Source: an uncultured Prevotellaceae bacterium | GTDB lineage: Bacteria > Bacteroidota > Bacteroidia > Bacteroidales > Bacteroidaceae | Direction: 5' to 3' | DNA: 64,000 bases | Assembly (NCBI GenBank): GCA_902800495.1 | Contig: CADCET010000011.1 | Span: forward strand, 4,118 to 68,117 | In this document: one piece after another, positions 10,042 through 17,437 of the stretch | How positions within the stretch are numbered: position 1 is the first letter of the stretch | Layout: each line of letters begins with the position of its first letter | The notes under the pieces: model-generated | Databases searched by the model: none | Told to the model about the DNA's origin: nothing | What the model saw: the letters and a program-made list of their open reading frames with translations, nothing else | Program-made: the position numbers and the translations under genes

Positions 10042-10188
10042 CGACCCTGAAGGGGTCGCCCGTGCTCACGGACGCTCCTCCTATATTGCGGCGTTGGGGC
10101 ACTCCTTCAGAGTGCTTTCCATTGTTGCCACTACCGCCCGTAGGTTGTAACGACCTACGGCTATTGAGTGGAGACGCTTCCTGCGTCT
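10042..10188. repeat. Composite REP/REPIN-like palindrome cluster
   Basis: Five hairpins: cgaccc-tgaag-gggtcg (10042-58), ccgtg-ct-cacgg, gcactc-cttca-gagtgc (10099-115, loop inverted relative to the first), ccgtaggt-N7-acctacgg (10138-60), and agacgc-N5-gcgtct (10172-88). Confidence 0.6.
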
Positions 10189-10257
10189 TTTGTGCGACAC
10201 AAATCATAAGGGTGGGAAACTTCAATAATTTATCCGTTACTAAAGAACAATAACCTG

Positions 10258-10902
10258 TCAACGTGACACGATTTGTCGAATAACACGACAGGGGTTTCCT
10301 GCTGCGATGCAATCCTCTGGGATGCTTTTTGTCACAATGCTACCCGCTCCTATTACACTGCGGCTCCCAATAGTAACGCCCTTCAAGATTTGGCAGTTTG
10401 CTCCAATCCATACATCATCACCAATAACAATAGGAGCACTTTGAACGAATGTACGTTTATCTGATGGGCGTGTGTTCTTACTATCTCTTCTGGCCATAAA
10501 ATCTATCTGATGGACGTCAGTATCTATAATCAAACACTTTCCACCAATATTAACATGATTGCCGATGCTAATTCGCTCTTGTGCCCAAATGCAAGCCGAA
10601 CTGATACCCACATTATCGCCGATGACAATTGTTGCCGCAGCGTTAGCCGTATGAATACACCCACACACGTTGCTACAGATTGGATTGACACCTGCTCCAC
10701 TTGTGAAATGCAAATTCTTACCTATCGTTATATGGCCACGAGGTCCAGTAACATATATTTTGTTATAGACCGTTAACCCTTGACCAAAGCGAATACCTTT
10801 GAATTTGAAATACGTTTTGTTGTACCACTTGTAGAATTTAATTTTTAACGCATTTGGCGAAACAACGAATCTTCTTAGACCTGTCCTCATGCCTGATTCC
10901 AT
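10258..10902 (-). CDS. Hexapeptide-repeat (LbH) O-acetyltransferase, polysaccharide type
   Basis: 'IIDTDVH', 'APIVIGDDVWIGANCQILKGVTIGSRSVIGAGSIVTKSIPEDCIAAGNPCRVIR'. AT-rich relative to neighbours. Confidence 0.88.
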   Translation of the reverse strand: MESGMRTGLRRFVVSPNALKIKFYKWYNKTYFKFKGIRFGQGLTVYNKIYVTGPRGHITIGKNLHFTSGAGVNPICSNVCGCIHTANAAATIVIGDNVGISSACIWAQERISIGNHVNIGGKCLIIDTDVHQIDFMARRDSKNTRPSDKRTFVQSAPIVIGDDVWIGANCQILKGVTIGSRSVIGAGSIVTKSIPEDCIAAGNPCRVIRQIVSR

Positions 10903-10939
10903 TTAATGTTAATGATTACAATGCTGGAATAAGAACACA

Positions 10940-11196
10940 AAAATGGCGTGCCATCCTTATGCACTTAACCTCAGGGGCGAGTCTGGAAAATGGAACCCCT
11001 AACACTAAATAAGAATGCTACACGCCAATGCGTGTGCATAGCCAACAGTGTTAGGACGACTTTTCCTAAACGCCCCTTCCGCTTATCATATCGGACTATT
11101 CCAAAATTAGTTTTCCAGACTTCTTCGGTTAAGTGCGAATGAATCAGCTAATGCATCTATGGTTCGGGATTTCTCCCCGAAAACGCTACAAAGGTA
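10940..11196 (-). promoter_or_regulatory. Promoter plus large structured 5' leader (candidate cis-regulatory RNA)
   Basis: TACCTTTG at 11196-11189. Nested long-range stems 10961-70/11127-36, 10980-90/11111-21 and 10998-11006/11047-55, with an alternative helix 10944-60/11009-27. Confidence 0.55.
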
Positions 11197-11249
11197 GACA
11201 AAAAAACTGAAATCACAAAATAAAAAAAGAAAATATTTGAATTCTGATG

Positions 11250-11387
11250 GCAAAAAGCCGAGCCCGTGCTTAACGTCAGCAGGCTCGGCTAATAAGTACA
11301 TTCAGCAATCACTCACGCTTCAGCAGTGATTAACTGCTCTCTCTGACAAGCTTAGAAAGGTTGTCGCGGTATTCTTGTGCAAAGATA
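11250..11387 (-). ncRNA. Candidate ~125-nt small RNA with its own promoter and terminator
   Basis: TATCTTTG at 11387-11380, then hairpins gacaa/ttgtc and aatcact/agtgatt, then terminator agccgagcc..ggctcggct-tttt. No convincing ORF. Confidence 0.5.
11253..11330 (-). repeat. Left copy of a 78-bp inverted repeat
   Basis: Reverse complement of 14069-14146 with 3 mismatches. Weaker similarity extends to 11235/14172. Confidence 0.9.
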
Positions 11388-11512
11388 CAAAAGTTTTTTG
11401 ATATACTATAAGGCTAATGGATGTTTTTTCTTGTAGAAACATAAAAACCGATTCGATAATTTGCGAATTCCATTTCTTTTACGTAATTTTGCGGCCGTAA
11501 AAGCATTGCAAT

Positions 11513-11830
11513 ATGGTTGTTACTTTCAATGAAGACTATTTGGAGTGCCTGTATATATCGGGACAGACAGGGCTGAAGAAACTACGGTTTCAGCCTCAGA
11601 TTGTCCGAGGATATCAGAAAGCTATAAAGATTCTGATCCAAGCTGCTCGCATAGAAGACCTGTTTCCATTTAAGTCTCTGCATTTTGAGGCCTTGCATGG
11701 CGATAAGGAGGGACGTTTCTCGATAAAGGCTAATGACCAGTATCGTGTTGAGTTCACGGTAGAAAAGACAACAGATGAGCCAATAGTAACCATTTGCAAT
11801 ATTATGGAATTGTCAAATCATTATAAGTAA
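11513..11830 (+). CDS. higB: HigB-like toxin (RelE/ParE 'killer protein' family)
   Basis: 'SLHFEALHGDKEGRFSIKANDQYRVEF...ELSNHYK', located upstream of an HTH antitoxin. Confidence 0.85.
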   Translation: MVVTFNEDYLECLYISGQTGLKKLRFQPQIVRGYQKAIKILIQAARIEDLFPFKSLHFEALHGDKEGRFSIKANDQYRVEFTVEKTTDEPIVTICNIMELSNHYK

Positions 11831-11845
11831 TAAGGAGGAATAGTT

Positions 11846-12190
11846 ATGATTAGAGCAAAAGACGTCGCGGAAGAAAGGATAGCGAACAATATGATTTCAT
11901 CGGAGTTGATTCATCCTGGGGAGATTATAAAAGATGAAATTATGGCCCGTGGCTTGACCCAAAAGGAGTTGGCTCAGCAAATGGGCGTGTCGTATACGGT
12001 ATTCAATGAGATACTAAATGGAAAGCGACCTGTTACCACTGAGTACGCCTTGCTTCTTGAGGCTGCCCTTGGAACAGATGCCAATATCTGGTTAGGTCTT
12101 CAAGCGGATTATAATATGCAACGATTCAAGCAAGACCGTTCTTTCATGAAACGTCTTGAGAAGATTCGGAAAATTGCTGCAGTTTTTTAG
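11846..12190 (+). CDS. higA: HigA antitoxin (XRE HTH)
   Basis: 'IHPGEIIKDEIMARGLTQKELAQQMGVSYTVFNEILNGKRPVT...WLGLQADYN'. Confidence 0.9.
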   Translation: MIRAKDVAEERIANNMISSELIHPGEIIKDEIMARGLTQKELAQQMGVSYTVFNEILNGKRPVTTEYALLLEAALGTDANIWLGLQADYNMQRFKQDRSFMKRLEKIRKIAAVF

Positions 12191-12210
12191 GCGGTAATGT
12201 CCCTCTAACT

Positions 12211-12534
12211 TTAAAAAAAATCAATGAACGCGCATTTTGGGGATTTAAGAATCTCGAGGCCATCATTCTACCAGATCAGTTGGAAGAAATAGGAGAGGAA
12301 GCGTTTGCATGTCTATATCGGGACCGCCCAACTATTAAGGAACTGTATGTACCAAAAAATGTTCATACTATAGGCAAAAATTGTTTTTGGTTATGTTCTA
12401 AACCATTAAGCCCTAATGGATACTTTATGGGACTTATAACATGTTTGCCTGATTTTATAACAGAACAGAATTGTTCAATTTTCGGCATTGATAACTCTGC
12501 CGTGCGTGCCTATAAAAAAGCATTGAAGAAATAA
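12211..12534 (+). pseudogene. 5'-truncated BspA-type leucine-rich-repeat gene remnant
   Basis: Frame reads LKKINERAFWGFKNLEAIILPDQLEEIGEEAF...VPKNVHTIGKNCF (LRR_5 units) with no good start codon. AT-rich. Confidence 0.55.
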
Positions 12535-12576
12535 AGTTGGGATGGGATAAGTTAGAGTATACAAAGGAGATTTCAG

Positions 12577-12900
12577 ATGCCTGCAAAAAGGAATCACGGG
12601 GAGATAGAACGTATCAAGGAGATGGAGCTGCGGATGAGGCGGGCGGCGAAAGCGGTGATGGAGCTATCGGCGGCGTTAGAGAATTACGAGGCGGTGCGGG
12701 AGGATATCAAGGCTCTTGACGCTTATTACGGCAGCGAAGCGTGGAAGCGCGACTTTGCTGACGATGAGGCAGGGCTGCTGCCAGCTGACTTGCAGCGTGG
12801 CGTTCTGTCTGAGGATGGCATCTGGAATCTGCTGTCCGATGTGCGTGAGTTGAACGATAGGCTAAACTTAAATAAGACGACTGAGAATGTCAATCAATAA
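12577..12900 (+). CDS. DUF4298-like protein
   Basis: 'ERIKEME...LDAYYGSEAWKRDFADDEAGLLPADLQRGVLSEDGIWNLL'. Confidence 0.75.
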   Translation: MPAKRNHGEIERIKEMELRMRRAAKAVMELSAALENYEAVREDIKALDAYYGSEAWKRDFADDEAGLLPADLQRGVLSEDGIWNLLSDVRELNDRLNLNKTTENVNQ

Positions 12901-12997
12901 ATGTAATGAGTGGTTTTGAAAAAAGTTTGAAAACGGTGTAGTTTTTCGTAGCAGTGCTGCGTCTAATGGGTGTAATGATTAAAAAACAGATGAGACA

Positions 12998-13480
12998 ATG
13001 AACAACTTAGAAAGACAGTTTGCGCAAACCGTTAAGGAACATAAGAGCACCATCTACACCGTGTGCTACATGTTCTCGCAGGATGCCGACGAGGTGAACG
13101 ACCTGTTCCAGGAGGTACTAGTCAATCTTTGGAAAGGTTTCGAGAGCTTCGAGCATCGCAGTGACATCAAGACGTGGATTTACCGCGTCGCTCTTAATAC
13201 CTGTATCTCTATAGACAGGAAAAAGAAGCGTCGCGCAGCCACAGCCCGAGTCACGATGGATATCAACCTCTTTGAAGACCGCGACGAGGACACGCGCCAG
13301 GTGGACATGCTCCACAAACGCATCTCCCGTCTCCAGCCCTTCGACAGAGCAATCGTTTTGCTCTGGCTCGAGAACCTCAGCTATGAGGAGATTGGGCAGA
13401 TTGTTGGTATCACGGCTAAGAACGTCAGCGTTCGTCTGTTCAGAATCAGAGAACAATTAAAGAACATGTCAAACGATTAA
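12998..13480 (+). CDS. ECF RNA polymerase sigma factor
   Basis: 'DLFQEVLVNLWKG', 'TWIYRVALNT', 'LENLSYEEIGQIVGITAKNVSVRLFRIRE'. Confidence 0.92.
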   Translation: MNNLERQFAQTVKEHKSTIYTVCYMFSQDADEVNDLFQEVLVNLWKGFESFEHRSDIKTWIYRVALNTCISIDRKKKRRAATARVTMDINLFEDRDEDTRQVDMLHKRISRLQPFDRAIVLLWLENLSYEEIGQIVGITAKNVSVRLFRIREQLKNMSND

Positions 13481-13495
13481 AAAACCTCACCCATT

Positions 13496-14086
13496 ATGAA
13501 CAACGAGAATTTTGAATTAGAGAATATGCGTCAGCAGATGAACACGCTGAAGCAGAAGTTAGAGAAACAGGAGATTGTGAACGACCACATGATCCGCCAG
13601 TCGATGAAAAAAACAGCAAGTACCATCAGCCGCAGATATAATGTCATCATGGTTTTGGCCATATTGATGGTTCCCTATTTCTACTGGGTATGCGTCAAGT
13701 CGGCCGGTTTCTCGATAGCCTTCTGGATTGGCACAAGCATCTTCATGCTGGTCTGCGCAGGAGCAACCTACTATAATAGCCGCAACCTGACTGACGTGAA
13801 CATGATGAGCAGCAATCTGGTAGAAGTGCGCAGAAAGATGGCCCGCGCCAAGAAGTTCGATGTCGACTGGCTGTTCTTCGGCATTCCAGCTGTTATCCTT
13901 TGGTTCGGCTGGTTCTGCTACGAGTCATATCAGATTGCAGGCAACTTAGAACCAAACTGGCTCATGTACGGTGGCATCGTAGGCGGCATCATAGGAGCTA
14001 TTGCCGGATTCAAAATGCACTTCCAGACCCAGCACCAGTATCAGGAGATCATTGACCAGATAGAGGATATCACTGCCGAAGCGTGA
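13496..14086 (+). CDS. Putative four-TM anti-sigma membrane protein
   Basis: Follows the ECF gene and has four hydrophobic segments. Its last codons (ITAEA-stop) are supplied by the 78-bp repeat. Confidence 0.65.
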   Translation: MNNENFELENMRQQMNTLKQKLEKQEIVNDHMIRQSMKKTASTISRRYNVIMVLAILMVPYFYWVCVKSAGFSIAFWIGTSIFMLVCAGATYYNSRNLTDVNMMSSNLVEVRRKMARAKKFDVDWLFFGIPAVILWFGWFCYESYQIAGNLEPNWLMYGGIVGGIIGAIAGFKMHFQTQHQYQEIIDQIEDITAEA

Positions 14087-14146
14087 GTGATTGCCGAATG
14101 TACTTATTAGCCGAGCCTGCTGACGTTAATCACGGGCTCGGCTTTT
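14069..14146 (+). repeat. Right copy of the 78-bp inverted repeat; includes an intrinsic terminator (14109-14146)
   Basis: 75/78 identical to the reverse complement of 11253-11330. Terminator stem is agccgagcc/ggctcggct followed by ttt. Confidence 0.9.
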
Positions 14147-14265
14147 CGACTTTTTGTTGTCAGCATTCAAATCACCACATTATGTTAGTTTAACACAATA
14201 TTGCTCTTTGACATTTTGCAATCTGAAGAAAAGTGCGTACCTTTGTAGATGAAAAAACCTAAAAT

Positions 14266-15942
14266 ATGAAGACAGACATACAGATTGCACGAGAATGCCA
14301 GTTGGAACACATCAACGAGATTGCTACACGGCTGGGCATTGCCCCCGAAGAGATTGACCCCTACGGACGCTTCATGGCCAAGGTGCCGGTAAAGCTCATT
14401 GATGAGGAGCGTGTCCGCCAAAGCCGCCTGATTCTCGTCACAGCCATCAGCCCCACAAAGGCCGGCATCGGCAAGACGACGGTCAGCATCGGACTGACCT
14501 TAGGCCTGAACAAGCTTGGCAAGAAAGCCGTCGTGGCACTGCGCGAGCCGTCGCTCGGTCCGTGTTTCGGCATCAAGGGCGGTGCGGCTGGTGGCGGTTA
14601 TGCCCAGGTACTGCCAATGGAGAAAATCAACCTCCACTTCACGGGCGACTTCCACGCCGTAACATCGGCCCACAACACCATCAGCGCCTTGCTCGACAAC
14701 TACCTGTTCCAGCACCGCAAGGATGGTTTTCACCTACGCGAAATCTACTGGAAGCGGGTTCTCGACGTGAACGACCGCTCACTGCGTAACATTGTGACGG
14801 GACTTCGTGGCGACGGCGTCGTCGCAGAGACGGGATTCGACATTACTCCGGCCTCGGAGCTGATGGCAATTCTCTGTCTGGCCACCAGTGAGGAAGACCT
14901 GCAGCGAAGAATAGAAAACATCGTGCTCGGCATCACCGCCGACGGAAAACCATTCCGCATCCGCGACCTCGGCGTGGCAGGGGCCATCACAGTACTGCTG
15001 CGCGATGCCCTGTCACCCAACCTCGTGCAAACCACAGAGCACACACCAGCCCTTATTCATGGAGGCCCCTTCGCCAACATTGCCCACGGCTGCAGCAGCG
15101 TCTTAGCAACGAAAATAGCTATGACCTACGGCGACTATGTGGTGACGGAGGCTGGTTTCGGTGCCGATCTGGGAGCCGAGAAATTCTTCGACATCAAGTG
15201 CCGTAAGGCGGGCTTACAACCACGTCTCGTCGTCATCGTGGCTACCACTCAAGGACTGAAGATGCACGGCGGCGTGGCCTTGGAGGCTATCAAGGAGCCT
15301 AATATGAAGGGGCTGAAGGAGGGACTGAAGAACCTGAACCGCCACATTAACAACATGCAGGGCTTCGGCCAGCCCGTCATCGTAACCCTGAACCGTCACG
15401 ACACCGACCTTGAAGAGGAGATTGACGTCATTCGCCGCAACTGCGAGGACCTCGGCGTAGGCTTCGCGGTGAACGAAGCATTCCTACGCGGTGGCGACGG
15501 TGCCGTAGAACTGGCACAGAAGGTGGTCGACACCATCGACAGCATCCAACCGCTGCCCATCCACTATACATATCCTGAGAACGACACCATAGAGGGCAAG
15601 ATAGAGAAGGTGTGTAAGCGCATCTACGGAGCCGCCGCCGTGGAGTTTACCAAGACCGGCAAGAAGAAATTGGAGTCTATACGCACCATCTTTGCCGACG
15701 ACGAGAGTATACGCCACTATCCCGTCTGCATTGCCAAGACGCAATACTCGTTCACAGCCGACTCCACCGTCTACGGCTCGCCCGAGGGCTTTACGATTCG
15801 TATCCGCGATATTATTCTGAACTGCGGCAGCGAGATGATTGTGGCCATTGCCGGCGATATGCTCCGTATGCCTGGCCTGCCCAAGAATCCACAGGCCGAA
15901 CACATCACTATCGTCAATGGCGAGATAGAGGGCTTGTCATAA
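14266..15942 (+). CDS. fhs: Formate--tetrahydrofolate ligase
   Basis: '[39 protein letters not shown]', '[11 protein letters not shown]', '[14 protein letters not shown]', 'MPGLPK'. TACCTTTG promoter at 14238. Confidence 0.97.
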   Translation: MKTDIQIARECQLEHINEIATRLGIAPEEIDPYGRFMAKVPVKLIDEERVRQSRLILVTAISPTKAGIGKTTVSIGLTLGLNKLGKKAVVALREPSLGPCFGIKGGAAGGGYAQVLPMEKINLHFTGDFHAVTSAHNTISALLDNYLFQHRKDGFHLREIYWKRVLDVNDRSLRNIVTGLRGDGVVAETGFDITPASELMAILCLATSEEDLQRRIENIVLGITADGKPFRIRDLGVAGAITVLLRDALSPNLVQTTEHTPALIHGGPFANIAHGCSSVLATKIAMTYGDYVVTEAGFGADLGAEKFFDIKCRKAGLQPRLVVIVATTQGLKMHGGVALEAIKEPNMKGLKEGLKNLNRHINNMQGFGQPVIVTLNRHDTDLEEEIDVIRRNCEDLGVGFAVNEAFLRGGDGAVELAQKVVDTIDSIQPLPIHYTYPENDTIEGKIEKVCKRIYGAAAVEFTKTGKKKLESIRTIFADDESIRHYPVCIAKTQYSFTADSTVYGSPEGFTIRIRDIILNCGSEMIVAIAGDMLRMPGLPKNPQAEHITIVNGEIEGLS

Positions 15943-15950
15943 ACGACACA

Positions 15951-17087
15951 TCAGGCATCCGGCAATGGAGGCAGGACATCGGTGATGAGGGGAACGATCT
16001 GCTTGCGAGAGTAGTTCTTTACGCTATAACAGACTCCTTCGCGCAGTGAAGCCCCAAACACGGCCTCGGCTACTTCCTTAGTGCCCTCACCGTAATAGAT
16101 AAAATACGTTCCACCGTATAGGTATGGGTTCTCGTCCTTGTCACTTCCCGTATTGGGCACAAGGTTGCTGATCATAGAAAAAAGTATCTGGCAACCTTTC
16201 TGCCGCATAATCTCAGGCATGACAGCGAGCATACGCGTGATGAAAGCCTCCATCTCGGCCTGCTTACAAACCAGACTACCGAAACCTATCGGATGGCCAC
16301 TGATGTCGTAGTCCTTATAGTCAGACAGGAAGATTTCAGCATCGGTCATACCAGAATAATCGTATGCCGCCTCTTCCATACGGTGATTAATGACCCTCAT
16401 TGAGTCTCTTGAAATACCTAATTGCGTGAAGAGTGCCAACCAAGCCGTAGAGTCGATACCACACGTGGTAGACTTCGAGAGGTTGCGCGTGTCGCTGATG
16501 ATACCAGCAAGCATGATACGGGCCGCCTCGTCGTCGATGTTCACCCCTAATTCGTTGTACATCTCATAGATAATGGTGTTTGTCGATCCCACCATCTCAC
16601 GACGCACATAGGGGATGCCGGCATCAGCAATATCGCCCTCGACGTGATGGTCTATCTTCTGCAGGATGATGGCTTCACGGGCACCATCCACACACTGCGC
16701 GTAGTCTGTGTGGTCAGTCAGGATAAGCCGCGTCTGGGGCACCACCGAGGTCTTAATGGCCGGCAGACCGAAGCCAAAGAGCCCGGCAATGTACTGCGTC
16801 TCACGATTCGTAGGACTCGACACCTTCGCCTTACAATTGTAGCCGAGCTGGTTCATGAGTTTGGCATACGAGAGGGCCGAAGTGACGGCATCCACATCGG
16901 GCGTCTTGTGGCCATAGACAAAGCAGGTGTCTTGTCCCCAATTTAAAGAGCGTAACTTCGCCCTGAGCTCAGCACCAGGCTCTGGCGTGGGCGCAGGGTC
17001 GTCAGTTGTAGAACACGACAAAACTGTCAAAGTAAGTCCTACGTATAAAATAACTGTCAGTTTCCAGGAGAATGCTTTACTTACCAT
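15951..17087 (-). CDS. DHH-family Mn-dependent inorganic pyrophosphatase-like lipoprotein
   Basis: 'GHKTPDVDAVTS', 'LTDH', 'IDHH', 'GIISDT', 'DYKDY' (family II PPase motifs) preceded by lipobox 'LTVLSC'. Confidence 0.75.
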   Translation of the reverse strand: MVSKAFSWKLTVILYVGLTLTVLSCSTTDDPAPTPEPGAELRAKLRSLNWGQDTCFVYGHKTPDVDAVTSALSYAKLMNQLGYNCKAKVSSPTNRETQYIAGLFGFGLPAIKTSVVPQTRLILTDHTDYAQCVDGAREAIILQKIDHHVEGDIADAGIPYVRREMVGSTNTIIYEMYNELGVNIDDEAARIMLAGIISDTRNLSKSTTCGIDSTAWLALFTQLGISRDSMRVINHRMEEAAYDYSGMTDAEIFLSDYKDYDISGHPIGFGSLVCKQAEMEAFITRMLAVMPEIMRQKGCQILFSMISNLVPNTGSDKDENPYLYGGTYFIYYGEGTKEVAEAVFGASLREGVCYSVKNYSRKQIVPLITDVLPPLPDA

Positions 17088-17183
17088 CAATCAAATAGTT
17101 TTTGTTGGCTGCAAAGATACAATGAAGAGTTGAAAACGCCAAATTTTCTTTGGAAAAACTATGAATCAGAGATTTCAAAATCC

Positions 17184-17232
17184 GGCCGTGACGTTTTCAC
17201 CAGCGGCTTATATTTTTTCACGAGAGGCCGTT
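17184..17232 (+). repeat. 21-bp repeat family, locus 1 (about 2.3 units)
   Basis: ggccgtgacgttttcaccagc, ggcttatattttttcacgaga, ggccgtt. Same unit as at 22211 and 56587. Confidence 0.75.
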
Positions 17233-17436
17233 ATTAATAGTCAGAATATCCATCACGCCAATGTACTCAATATCATGCTCTTGACAATAGGTTGCCACAT
17301 CTCTTTTAGAATATGGGTCATTTCGGAAATAAACCCCCTCTGGCAGCACTTGGCCTGTCAATATGCCCAGCACGATGGCAATGACGATACGTGGCAGCAG
17401 TCCTAATTTGGGCAGGGTCATCTTGCGCTCCCTCAT
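17218..17436 (-). pseudogene. Chimeric remnant: N-terminus of a dicarboxylate/amino-acid:cation symporter fused to an unrelated C-terminal fragment
   Basis: 'KLGLLPRIVIAIVLGILTG' resembles the first TM of DAACS symporters. It switches abruptly to an AT-rich soluble segment after 'LPEG'. Confidence 0.45.
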
Positions 17437-17437
17437 T

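Noticed and set aside
14163-14200. XerD-arm-like ttatgttag next to the inverted repeat
   Set aside because: No recognisable XerC arm at the right spacing.
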